Source of the DNA: an uncultured Verrucomicrobiae bacterium | GTDB taxonomy: Bacteria; Verrucomicrobiota; Verrucomicrobiia; Palsa-1439 | Reading direction: 5' to 3' | Assembly: GCA_963812605.1 (NCBI GenBank) | Contig: CAWEWF010000014.1 | Coordinates: forward strand, 288,001 to 352,000 | DNA: 64,000 nt | Shown: positions 1 to 9,936 of the stretch, one piece after another | Numbering within the stretch: the stretch's first letter is position 1 | How the letters are laid out: each line of letters starts with the position of its first letter | Notes under the pieces: model-generated | Database searches by the model: none | Told to the model about the DNA's origin: nothing | Seen by the model: only the letters and a program-made list of their open reading frames with translations | Program-made: the position numbers and the translations under genes

Positions 1-613
1 GGGCATCATGCAAGTGCCGATCAACGAAGCGATCGGCCTGACGTTCGCGCGGGCACTCCGCGCTTTTCTCCGCCAGGACCCCGATATCATCATGGTCGGT
101 GAAATGCGCGATTTGGAGACCGCGCAGATTTCGATTCAAGCCTCGCTCACAGGTCATTTGGTGTTTACGACCCTGCATACCAACGATGCGTCCGGCGCGG
201 TCACGCGCATGATTGACATGGGGGTCGAGCCATTTCTCATCAGTTCGACATTGCAGGGCGTCCTCGCCCAGCGTCTGGTGCGAACCAGTTGCAAGAAGTG
301 CCGGATTGCTTATGAACCGACCGAGGCGGTATTGTCGGAGTTGGGACTGACAAAGGAAGATACACAAGGGCGTCCATTTTATTACGGCAAAGGCTGCATG
401 GAATGCAACGAGACGGGATACAAAGGCCGGAAAGGCCTGTTCGAGTTGCTCGTCATGTCGGAACCGATTCGTGAATTGATCAACATGCGCGCGCCGGCGG
501 GTGTCCTTCGGGCCCGCGCCCTGGAGTTGGGAATGAGGACGTTGCGGGAAGACGGCATCCGCACCGTACTCGATGGAGAGACAACCGTGGAAGAGGTACT
601 CAAGTACACATAA
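1..613 (+). CDS. pilB: Type II/IV secretion assembly ATPase (PilB/GspE), C-terminal part, truncated by the window edge
   Basis: [15 protein letters not shown] (Walker B), [12 protein letters not shown] (His box), tetra-Cys motif CKKC...GCMEC, GYKGR; lies directly upstream of pilC. Confidence 0.9.
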   Translation, partial: GIMQVPINEAIGLTFARALRAFLRQDPDIIMVGEMRDLETAQISIQASLTGHLVFTTLHTNDASGAVTRMIDMGVEPFLISSTLQGVLAQRLVRTSCKKCRIAYEPTEAVLSELGLTKEDTQGRPFYYGKGCMECNETGYKGRKGLFELLVMSEPIRELINMRAPAGVLRARALELGMRTLREDGIRTVLDGETTVEEVLKYT

Positions 614-661
614 CAGCGCCGACGCCCACCGGGCCGTGGGTGAAAAGCGCGGAGGATGGTC

Positions 662-1952
662 ATGCCAAAGTTCAGCTATGTAGCGTTGGATACGCGGGGC
701 AAGGAAATCAGCGGCGTTCTGGAGAGCGAGAACACAACATCGGCGGTGAGCCGCATTCGGGAAATGGGCTACTTCCCGACAAACGTTGCCGAGACGGACA
801 AGGTACCGGCGAAAAAGGGCGCCAAAACACCCGGATCCGCTGCGCCGGGGAGGCAAATCCGGCGCCAAGAAGGGCTTCTCCCTTCAGCTCAAGTTTCCTG
901 GTAGTAGTGGCGTCAAAACCAAACTCTTGTCGTCCTTTACACGACAGCTCGCCACACTAATCGACGCGGGTTTGCCGTTGCTGCGCGGTCTCGAAGTACT
1001 GCGCAAGGGAGAAAAGAACGCGACGCTCAAGCACACGTTGCAACAGATCGCCGAGAGCGTTGAAGCCGGCAGCACGTTCAGCGAGGCGTTGGCACAGCAT
1101 CCGAAGGTGTTCAACCGCCTCTACGTCAACATGGTGCGCGCCGGTGAAGCGGGCGGTGTACTCGATGTCACGCTGGGTCGTCTTGCCGACTTCCAGGAAA
1201 AGGCCCAGAAGATCAAGAACAAGGTCATTGCGGCGATGGTCTACCCGGCGGTCGTCATTTTCGTGGCGCTGGCAATCGTGTCGTTCTTGATGGTCGTCAT
1301 CGTTCCCAAGTTCCAGGAAATCTTTACCGACCTGCTCGAAGGCAAGCCGCTACCGGGTCTGACCTTGTTCGTCCTGAAGGTCAGTCAGATCGTACAGCAT
1401 CAATTTTTCCTGGTTGCCGGCAGCATTGCCGGGTTGGTGGTTGCGATCAAGATGATCGGCAAGACCGAGAAGGGACGGTTCTACCTGGACAAGATCAAAC
1501 TGAACGCCCCGATGTTCGGGCAATTGATCCGCAAGGTGGGCATCGCCCGTTTTACCCGCACCTTGGGGACACTGATCGCCAGCGGCGTGCCGATTCTGCA
1601 GGCGCTCAACATCGTGCGAGAAACCTCGGGCAACGCCGTGATTGCGAAGGCGGTCTCGCAGGTCCACGATGCCGTGAAAGAGGGCGAACGCATTGTGCAG
1701 CCGCTGGAGGCTTCGGGAGTATTCCCGCCGATGGTGATCAGCATGGTGGACGTTGGCGAGGAAACCGGCGCCCTGCCCGACATGCTCATGAAGGTGGCGG
1801 ACGTTTATGATGATGAAGTGGACAATGCGGTGACGGCAATCACTTCCTTGCTGGAGCCGATCATGATTGTCTTCCTGGCCGTCGTCGTCGGCACCATCGT
1901 CATTGCGATGTTCATGCCGCTGATCAGCGTTATCGGTTCGCTGGGCAGTTAG
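662..1952 (+). CDS. pilC: Type II/IV secretion platform protein (PilC/GspF), with a frame break near 848
   Basis: MPKFSYVALDTRGKEISG N-terminus (ORF 656..904, GGAGG at 651-655) continues into ORF 786..1952 with FTRQLATLIDAG, GEAGGVLD, GEETGAL, LLEP. Removing one G at ~848 joins the two. Confidence 0.88.
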
Positions 1953-1974
1953 GCTGCGGGAATTTGAGCAGCGG

Positions 1975-2004
1975 GCGGCGGTCTTGCGCAAGCGGGACCG
2001 CCGC
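1975..2004. terminator. GC-rich hairpin between convergent genes, probable terminator
   Basis: gcggcggtcttgc-GCAA-gcgggaccgccgc stem-loop between the pilC stop (1952) and the nuclease stop (2006). Confidence 0.6.
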
Positions 2005-2005
2005 T

Positions 2006-2902
2006 TCATTTTGCCGCGAAGAGATCCGGCTCACTCGGGGCGGATGGTCCTGTCAACTCCGCCAGCAGGGATTTGAACCCGAATCGGCGATAGAGGACGG
2101 CAAGGGCCGCGGAATCCGGCGGCTGAACCTTCAAAGTCTCCAGGTCACCGGGAAGCGAAAGATCGGTTTGGAGGGCGATCAACTGTCGATTGATCCGCAG
2201 TCTCTCCGCCGACGCCAGCAGAGCCTCGCGAATCTTTGGTCTGACAATCTCGGAGGCGCGGGCCAACAAATCGTCCAAGGTGCCATACGCTTGCAGCAAT
2301 TGGGCAGCGGTTTTCTCGCCAACACCAGGCACACCGGGGATGTTATCGACCGAATCGCCCAACAAGCTGAGCAAATCAACCATCTGTCCGGGGGTGACGC
2401 CGAAGCGCGCCTTGACGCCCTCGGGATCGACGATAATGGTCTCTTTGCCATCCGGTCGAAGAAGGCGGATACGCGGCCCGATGATTTGCATAAAATCCTT
2501 GTCGTTGCTGGCAATCAACACGCTGCGGTCGGTGTTCGCCGCTTGCACGGCAAGAGTGGCAATTATGTCATCCGCCTCGTCGCCTTCCAATTCTACGATC
2601 GGGATGCGTAGAGCCTGGAGAATCTCGCGGATTGCGGGAAGCTGCCTGTCGAGATCGGGGGGGGTAGGGGGGCGTTGCGCCTTGTAACTCGGTAACAGCG
2701 TAAGCCGCTTTTGCGGGGCGCCAAGGTCAAAGACAGCGGCGTGGTGGGACGGATTGTGGTCCACAATCATTTTCTTGAGCATCTTGGTCAGGCCGAAGAT
2801 GGCGTTGACGGGCGCGCCGTCCGGGCCCGTAAGGACGCGAATGGCGAAGAATGCGCGATAAATCAGCGAGTAGGCGTCATAAAGAAGGACGGTTTCGGCC
2901 AT
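2006..2902 (-). CDS. Stand-alone 5'-3' exonuclease/flap endonuclease (Pol I N-terminal domain only)
   Basis: YDAYSLIYRAFFA, YKAQR, EADDII, SNDKDF and GDSVDNIPGVPGVGEKTA (H3TH); the ORF stops after ~298 aa with no polymerase domain. Confidence 0.88.
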   Translation of the reverse strand: MAETVLLYDAYSLIYRAFFAIRVLTGPDGAPVNAIFGLTKMLKKMIVDHNPSHHAAVFDLGAPQKRLTLLPSYKAQRPPTPPDLDRQLPAIREILQALRIPIVELEGDEADDIIATLAVQAANTDRSVLIASNDKDFMQIIGPRIRLLRPDGKETIIVDPEGVKARFGVTPGQMVDLLSLLGDSVDNIPGVPGVGEKTAAQLLQAYGTLDDLLARASEIVRPKIREALLASAERLRINRQLIALQTDLSLPGDLETLKVQPPDSAALAVLYRRFGFKSLLAELTGPSAPSEPDLFAAK

Positions 2903-2989
2903 GCCCCGTGAACGTATCATGTCGCCGGAGATAAAACAACACGGTCCAAGCCGAGGCCTGGAGCCGGGTCGTTCGTACGTGATCGCCAA

Positions 2990-5503
2990 CTAGCGGGCGG
3001 CGGAAGTTATCGGCGAACGATTGATCGGGTTGCCGGCTGGATCGATCAGCCGCGCTGTGACGAAAATGAGCAGGTTACGCTTGGATCGAGATGTGGTCTT
3101 GCTCTGGAACAAACGACCGACAATCGGCAGATCACCAAGGAACGGGACTTTATCATCGATTTTTTGGAGATTTTCCGTGATGAGCCCGCCGAGCACCACC
3201 GTTTGGCCGTCATAGATCAGGATGCTGGTGGTCAGGTTTTCACTGGAGAAGAGCGGCTGCTTGATGTCGTTAAAGGTGGTGACAACATTGTTGCCCGCGC
3301 CAATGGCAATCGGGCCGCCATAATTGATAAAGCCCAGGAACTGGGAAACTTCCGGGACCAAGGTAAGGTTGATCGTGCGCCCATCCGCACCCACGGTGGG
3401 GGTGACATTCAGGAGCACACCCACTTCACGCGTCTTGAAGCTGCCCGGCGTGGATGGAGTCACACCCACCGCGCCGCCGCCGGCCGTACCGCCGCCTGCG
3501 GCGACAACCTGGGGTGGTTGAAACTCCGTCGGATAAATGAATTCTTGAATGACGCGGATTTGCGCCTGCGCGCCGCTGATCGTGGTTACCTTGGGCGAGG
3601 AGAGAGTGTCCGCGCTTTGCTTTTGGGCCAGGGCATTGATCATGACCTGGAACTGCGGGTTGGTCAGGATACCGCGAATGGTTCCCACGGTGGACTGCGG
3701 TGAGGTGACGGTGCCAAAGCCCGCTCCCGCCAGTAGGGCATCGATGGCGTTGGCCTGAATGGTACTGGGACCACGAAGGCCGGACGTTATATCCTCACTC
3801 GGACTTGAAAGAGCGCCGCTACCCGGCGGGAATGCCTCGCCGCCGTTGCCGCCGGTGGCGTCGAAGCTGCCCAACGTCTTGGTGCCAACCTGCCAGTCGA
3901 ATCCAAGTTCGTCCAGGTCGGTCTGTGAGATTTCCACGAACTTCGCATCGATCTCGACCTGCTTGGGAGCGATGCTGTAGGCGTTGAGCACGCGCTCAAA
4001 AATCTCCAGGTTCTCGGGTGTGTTGCGAATAATGATGGTGCTGGTACGGTCGTTATAAACCAGACTGGATCCCGGCGGGAAAGGAACGCCGGCCTCGGTG
4101 AAGATGGCTTTGATGTCACCGACCGAGACAGTGGTATTACCAACGCCAAGGGCACGATATTCCGACTGGCTGGTCGCTGCAGCGGCTGCGGGTGGCCCGG
4201 AGAGCACGGTTTTGAACGCGCCTGGTTCGACGCTATAGGAGCGCGTGACGAGATCGCCCGGGGCGGCGTCAATGGGCAGCACGATGACAGCGCTGGGCTC
4301 GACCCGGTACTTCAAATTGGCGAGCGTCGTCACGTATTTCAGCGCATCGATCAGCGGCACATTGCGCAAAGAAAGTGTAATTTTGCGGCCTTCGATCTCA
4401 CCGGCATTTCCGGCGCCAGCCGGTTGGGCGGCTTCCGGCGCCGCGCCGGGAGCCGCGGGCGCGGGGGCGGGAGCGGCTGCCGGGGCGCCCGGGGTCACAA
4501 TACCGCCGCCCAAAACGATATTTACGCCCACCTTCTCCGGATCAAGCCGCCGGCTTTCGTCGCTGAGAAAGGTGATGACGTCACTGACCACCGCCTCGCG
4601 GTAGTTGATTTCAGGGACAATGATCTCGTTCAGTTTCTTCAGGATTCCCTGCTGGCGCACGGCTTCACGACCGATGACTCCGTTGTCTCTTTCAGGCACA
4701 GGGGCCTGCAATTCGTGACTGGTTGGCGGGACCCAGGCGTCCGTGACCTGCCAGAGAAGATGCGTGCGCGATGTGTCGGCGGCACCTATCCCGATGTCGG
4801 TGCGCGTCTTGTCGAGGGATTTGAGGAGGGCGGAAGCATCCGCATTATAGGGGTCAAGCAGAAGAATCTGCTGGAAACGTCGTTCGGCCTCGTCGTATTG
4901 CCCGGAATTCATCAAAATCTTGCCTTCGCGGAAGAGCTTCTTGATCTGGTCTTTTCTGGCCAGGAATTCGGGCGTCTTATCAGGCTCAGGACCGGTAGAA
5001 GAGCTGGTGGCGGTAGAAGCCGGGGACTGCCCTGAAGCGGCAACCTTGGGTGTTGATTCGAGCTTTCTGGTTTTGACGATGACGTTCTCCGCGGCGCGGT
5101 TCTTGGGATCGTATTCCAAGGCCTTTTGGGCCATTTGGCGGGCCTTCGTGTAATCGCCCGCTTGGAAAGCGGCATCCGCGAGGCGCGAGTAACAAGTGGT
5201 CAGGCTTTGTACCGCGCGCGAATAATCGATTTCCGTGGCTTGCGCACGCGGGAGAATTTTGATGGCTTCTTCCAGCTTGGCGGCGGCCTCTTCGTATTTG
5301 CCGCTGTAGTAAAGCTTCTCTCCCTGATCGATCAACTTCCGCGCAGTGATCTGGGCCTCCTGGCGGCGGACAACCTCTTCTCGGGCAGCCTGTTCCGGGG
5401 TCGTTGAACTGGGGGAGGAAGTTGCTGTAGCCGCCGGCAGATTCGTAGACGCGATCAAGGCCGCACCGCTCGCGAGCAGTACCAATAAGATTCTTCTTGT
5501 CAT
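2990..5503 (-). CDS. Secretin with N-terminal TPRs (PilQ/GspD-like, Amuc_1098 family)
   Basis: Signal peptide, TPR helices, QVEIDAKFVEI, LSSPKVTT, VGVLLNVTP, GQTVVLGGLI, KVPFLGDLPIVGRLF. The start could also be 5518. Confidence 0.9.
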   Translation of the reverse strand: MTRRILLVLLASGAALIASTNLPAATATSSPSSTTPEQAAREEVVRRQEAQITARKLIDQGEKLYYSGKYEEAAAKLEEAIKILPRAQATEIDYSRAVQSLTTCYSRLADAAFQAGDYTKARQMAQKALEYDPKNRAAENVIVKTRKLESTPKVAASGQSPASTATSSSTGPEPDKTPEFLARKDQIKKLFREGKILMNSGQYDEAERRFQQILLLDPYNADASALLKSLDKTRTDIGIGAADTSRTHLLWQVTDAWVPPTSHELQAPVPERDNGVIGREAVRQQGILKKLNEIIVPEINYREAVVSDVITFLSDESRRLDPEKVGVNIVLGGGIVTPGAPAAAPAPAPAAPGAAPEAAQPAGAGNAGEIEGRKITLSLRNVPLIDALKYVTTLANLKYRVEPSAVIVLPIDAAPGDLVTRSYSVEPGAFKTVLSGPPAAAAATSQSEYRALGVGNTTVSVGDIKAIFTEAGVPFPPGSSLVYNDRTSTIIIRNTPENLEIFERVLNAYSIAPKQVEIDAKFVEISQTDLDELGFDWQVGTKTLGSFDATGGNGGEAFPPGSGALSSPSEDITSGLRGPSTIQANAIDALLAGAGFGTVTSPQSTVGTIRGILTNPQFQVMINALAQKQSADTLSSPKVTTISGAQAQIRVIQEFIYPTEFQPPQVVAAGGGTAGGGAVGVTPSTPGSFKTREVGVLLNVTPTVGADGRTINLTLVPEVSQFLGFINYGGPIAIGAGNNVVTTFNDIKQPLFSSENLTTSILIYDGQTVVLGGLITENLQKIDDKVPFLGDLPIVGRLFQSKTTSRSKRNLLIFVTARLIDPAGNPINRSPITSAAR

Positions 5504-5602
5504 AGACGATGTCTCCATTCCGTTCTCACTCGCTCGAGGCGCCACGGGCACATCTTCTCAAAGCATAAATCGGTAGTCCATGAGATTCGTACGCAGGGCG
5601 GA

Positions 5603-6413
5603 CTACTTCTCTTGGGATTTGATGATGTGCGGCTCTCCTGTCTGCTGGTCATTGATTACCATCTGCTTCAGATCGATGTCAACGACTTTGTAAGTCTTTC
5701 CGGTGCACTGGATCAGTTGCCCGCGGCGGTACTCCCGGGTCTGGCTGGCGACATCACAGCGGACCTGGGCCACCGGCTCCTCTTCCACGCCAGCCTGTCC
5801 CAAAACGAGGGCCTTCGGGTTGTTCCCGGGATGCTGCACCGTCAACTCCGAGACATCAATATCGTGTTTCCCGCCAAGGGCCGGGTCGTCCACGGTCCTT
5901 GATTTTTTCTCGAACTTCACGACTTTGTAGCCCGTGTCCTCGTAACGGTCCTTGATGGCGTCCCCGACCGACCGAATAAAAAAGGAGTGGGCGCGAAACT
6001 GGAAATTAAGCTGGAAATTATACCCCTCTTTTTTGTCGGCATCGTAGGAGTACGTCTTGAAAAGCAGGGTGAACGGTTTGTGGACGACGGCAATGAGGAT
6101 GGGGAGACCGTTCGTTGCGCCCGTAATATCGATGAAGTTCGTCTTGCGCTCTACGTACGCCTGTTGGGAAAAAATGCGCGGTGGTTCGTTCGTCGTCCAC
6201 AGGGGTGGATCCGCCAATAGTTGGATCGCGGTCGAGTAGGCTTGCAAGGGAATGTGCGCTGTGAGTCTCGGGTTTGGGCGCGCGACGGGGTGCTTCATTG
6301 AGTTCCGTACTGAGCGCGCTGACTTTCAAGGAAAGAAAAACTGCCGAGACGATCAGCAGGACCAGCGCGGCGGCCAGCGTGATCTTCTCGTAATGTTTCT
6401 TCAGAAAATCCAT
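5603..6413 (-). CDS. Amuc_1099-like pilus-system protein, frame break near 6270
   Basis: MDFLKKHYEKITLAAALVLL N-terminal anchor (ORF 6018..6413) joins ORF 5603..6298; sits between the Amuc_1100-like gene and the secretin. Confidence 0.65.
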
Positions 6414-6437
6414 GTCGAATCCTTCAGCCTGCGCCGA

Positions 6438-7375
6438 TTACGCATCCGGCTTTCCCATTTCGGGCCTTCCCGCTTCAGGTTTGCCCGTTGGCTTGCTGGG
6501 AAATTCGATCAAATCAATCCGCACTACCACCGACAGGCGGGTGCGTTTTGGCGTGGAAAGCGTGGCCGCCGCGGCGGCCCCGCCGGTGGGCGGCGCCGGT
6601 GCCTTATCCGGCGGGGGCGATTCGCCGGTGACCTGCACCTTGCGGACCGCAAAAAACCAATCGGATTTCGTGACACCATTGAGAAAGTCACGGAGCGCCT
6701 CTGGCGTGCAATCGAACTGAAATTCAAATGGCAACACTTGATAGAGCGCGTTGGGATCGTTGACGATGGGCACATCCAGCGTGTCGGGGCCACCGGTCGG
6801 CTCGACTTCCGAGCGGCGAATCACGTTGATGTCATCCACGTGGCTTTCGATCAGCAAAGTACTGATCTTTTCGATCGCGCGAAGTTGTTTCACCAACAAG
6901 GTCACGACGCGCTTGGTGTCCTCTTCGGAAAGATTGCGGGCTGGGATGGCCGGCGGCGAACCGGCGTAACGATTAAATCCGAAAGGCAAATCCTTCCACG
7001 ATTTTGACGCCGCGCAGCATCGGCCGCCTGGCGCAATTTAGCCAACTGGGAGGCCATCATTTGCAGGAAGGCAACCGGCCGCAAATCTGGCGGCGTGTGA
7101 ATCCGGCTTTGGGTGACCTTGGCCAGAAGTTCCTGATACAACTGGTTAACCTGCGCCCGATCCTGCTTCAGGATGTCAATATTCGCGGGCGTCGGAGCGG
7201 GTTTGGTCTGGAGCAGATGGTTAAGTTGCGACATCTGCTCTTCCAGGGCGGCATCGATTTCCGCCTTCTTGCCCGAGGCTTCGTGCTGGAGCCAGATGAC
7301 CACGCCGAGCACGATAACGAACGCCGCGACAAACGCGACGAGCATGGCATGTTGTTTGAGCCACTTGGCGTTCAT
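6438..7375 (-). CDS. Amuc_1100-like (PilO-like) pilus-system protein, frame break near 7010
   Basis: N-terminal TM plus coiled coil (ORF 6902..7375), then FGFNRY...YQVLPFEFQFDCTPEALRDFLNG...VVRIDLIEF (ORF 6438..6989); synteny with pilM and the secretin. Confidence 0.7.
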
Positions 7376-7376
7376 G

Positions 7377-9158
7377 TCACATCGGGAGTGGTTTTGCGAG
7401 TTTGGCTCGCACCGTGAAGGTAAAGGTTTGGCCCTGCAACATCGGATTGGGCGGCACGTCGATCACCACGCCGGCTTTGTCATAAAAATTTGTCGATTGG
7501 CTCAGGCTCTGTTTGAAATCTTCGACTAATTGAATGTCCCGCTCGGGATTCTCCGGGGAATGGATTCCCGCGCCTTCAATGCGGAGTTCGCCAATGGTCC
7601 TGGGATTGCCGGCGGACGAAGAGCTGCTTGGGCTGGGATTTTCTGCGTCACTATCTTCGGCCCCGGGGCGCGTGCGACCACGGCCACCACGCGAGGACGG
7701 TGGCGCGGCTGCCGGGCCGCTGGAAGCCGTTTCTGCCTGTGGCGTAAGCGAGACGATCCAAATATTGGAGCCGAGACGCTCGTTGAGGTCCTGGAGCAAT
7801 TCCGGCCAGAGCGAGCGTTGATGGACCAGCGCTACGATCTGGTCCGCCTTGCCGTTGAGTTCGGCGAGCTGACTCTGCTCACGGGCCAGTTTTTGGCTGA
7901 GATCGTTGAGATTGTTGACCTTATCCGTCGCGACATCCAATTGGCGCCTCGTCAGGTTCATGGTCTTTTGCGTGTAACCCAACCAACACAGCGGGATAAG
8001 CAGGACGCAGACTCCCGCCGCGGCCAGGTAGGGGCGCTTGTGTCCCATTTGTTGGCGGTTACGGACGGAGTTGGGGAGGAGATCGACCTCGATGGGGCAT
8101 TCGGTGTGCTTGCGCAGCCCCAAGCCGACGACTTCGCCAAAGAAATGGGCGGAACGGGCCAGTTCCTCCCGCGGAATATGTGGGTCGATCTCCACGTTGC
8201 GAAAGGGATTGAAGTATTCAATCTCGGTCTGGATTTTCTCCTTAAAGAAACGGTCCGTGTAGGGGATGATCGAGCTTCCGCCGGAGAGCAGCACGCGCGC
8301 GGGCGAGCTGCCGCCCTGTTGACCTTTATAGAAATTGATCGAACGGGCAATCTCGGCGTGCAGCCGGGTCATTACATTGCGGATGATTTTGCTGACCCGC
8401 GCTTGCGTTTCGCTCTCCGGCTCTTCGTAGGCGCCACCCAGCGCGACGAATCCTTGGGCCTTTTTCATGTGCTCGGCTTCGAGGAACGGGACGCTAAACT
8501 CCGCCGCGATACTTTGGGTGATCGCATTGCCGGCGATGGGAATGGAACGCGAAAAGACCCGGTGTTGTTCCAAAAACAGAAGATTGGTTGTGCGCGCGCC
8601 GAGATCGACGACCATGGTGCAACCTTCCAGGTCGCCATAGTTGTAGCGGACCGCGTTGTATAACGCCATCGGCGCCACGTCCACCATTTCCGTACGCAAC
8701 CCGCAGGACTCGACGCCTTCGGTCAGGTCCTCGATAATGTCGCTCTTGATCGCCAGGAGCACGACCTCCAGCTCGCCTTGCGGGTTCTTGCCGAGCAACT
8801 GGTAGTCCCAGATGACTTCGTCGATCGGGAAGGGGACATTCTGCTGCGCTTCGTACTGGATGATTTGCACGACCTTCGACTCGTCAACGGGCGGCAGTTT
8901 GACAAAACGCGTAAAGACCGACTGGCCGGAGACGCTGAAAATAACATTGGTGGCCTTGATGTTCTTTTCGTGCACGATATTGCGCACGGTGGAAACGATC
9001 AGCGCCTTACGGTTCTCTTCGTGCTCGGGGTCGATGCCAAGATCGGCGAAATTAAAATTCGTGAGGCGCAGCCCATGGCCCTTGGATGCCTGAAACTCGC
9101 CAACCTTGACTGTCGAAGCGCCAATATCCAGCGCCAAAATTCGCTCGGAACCTAACAT
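7377..9158 (-). CDS. pilM: PilM-PilN-like fusion (Amuc_1101 family)
   Basis: Actin-like motifs ALDIGAS, VDLGARTT, LLSGGSS, EAQQNVPF; C-terminal VDLLP + TM + coiled coil resembles PilN. Confidence 0.85.
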   Translation of the reverse strand: MLGSERILALDIGASTVKVGEFQASKGHGLRLTNFNFADLGIDPEHEENRKALIVSTVRNIVHEKNIKATNVIFSVSGQSVFTRFVKLPPVDESKVVQIIQYEAQQNVPFPIDEVIWDYQLLGKNPQGELEVVLLAIKSDIIEDLTEGVESCGLRTEMVDVAPMALYNAVRYNYGDLEGCTMVVDLGARTTNLLFLEQHRVFSRSIPIAGNAITQSIAAEFSVPFLEAEHMKKAQGFVALGGAYEEPESETQARVSKIIRNVMTRLHAEIARSINFYKGQQGGSSPARVLLSGGSSIIPYTDRFFKEKIQTEIEYFNPFRNVEIDPHIPREELARSAHFFGEVVGLGLRKHTECPIEVDLLPNSVRNRQQMGHKRPYLAAAGVCVLLIPLCWLGYTQKTMNLTRRQLDVATDKVNNLNDLSQKLAREQSQLAELNGKADQIVALVHQRSLWPELLQDLNERLGSNIWIVSLTPQAETASSGPAAAPPSSRGGRGRTRPGAEDSDAENPSPSSSSSAGNPRTIGELRIEGAGIHSPENPERDIQLVEDFKQSLSQSTNFYDKAGVVIDVPPNPMLQGQTFTFTVRAKLAKPLPM

Positions 9159-9182
9159 GAGTCGTGTGTATTCGTTTGCTGA

Positions 9183-9776
9183 TTACGGCGTCGGTTTGAG
9201 GGCCTCATAGCGATCGTAGGAGATAATCGACCACGGTGTTTGCTGGGGCGTGAGCAGGTAGCCGGGGACCGGCGTGTAGCCTTCCCACCAACGCTGGCGC
9301 GAGGCCGGTGCGCTATCCTGGTCGATCAGTTGGCCCCGGTGGAAAATCTGGACGGCGACGGATTGGACATCCCCATTGCCGTAGCGCTGGACGGTGTTGG
9401 GATGCATGAACATCGCCGAAACGTGCCGCGGTCCCTTCGCAACATTTACGTAGGTCACGTCACCGACAAACATCCGTGTGTCCCTGCCGGAGCCCAGCAG
9501 TACGTAATACTTCACTTGCACGTCGTCAGCCCACTCGGGTGTGCTGTCAAATTCCGTCTCAATCCTCAGCCATTTTTCACTCAGGGTGGTCGAACGGCTC
9601 CCGGCGCCCATGATGAGCGATCGATAATCCGGGGCGGCAACAAGTTGCTGGCGGATGGTGCGGATCTTGAGCGTGGGCCCGTTTCCCGCATCGGGAACCT
9701 GAGCAAAACTGAGAAGGGCTGGTATCAGAAACGCGACAGACAACGTGCATGTTAGTATTGTTTTTCGATCACTCAT
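9183..9776 (-). CDS. Secreted Amuc_1102-like pilus-system protein
   Basis: Signal peptide, CAGGAGG RBS, WLRIETEF, VKYYVLL, GDVTYVNV, LLTPQQTPW; first gene of the operon. Confidence 0.65.
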   Translation of the reverse strand: MSDRKTILTCTLSVAFLIPALLSFAQVPDAGNGPTLKIRTIRQQLVAAPDYRSLIMGAGSRSTTLSEKWLRIETEFDSTPEWADDVQVKYYVLLGSGRDTRMFVGDVTYVNVAKGPRHVSAMFMHPNTVQRYGNGDVQSVAVQIFHRGQLIDQDSAPASRQRWWEGYTPVPGYLLTPQQTPWSIISYDRYEALKPTP

Positions 9777-9936
9777 TCGTGCCTCCTGCGGATACAGGCC
9801 CAATCCCGGTGCAACGGAGAATCTTCTCGTCGTTAGAATGTAAAGTGGCCTGCCACATCGGTCAACAGCAAAAGCGACGGTGCACAGATTTGTGCGCGTG
9901 GGCACGGGCATATTTGGTGCTATTTACAGCAAAGGA

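Noticed and set aside
4420-4500. GC-rich short repeats in the secretin gene
   Set aside because: They encode an ordinary Ala/Pro linker.
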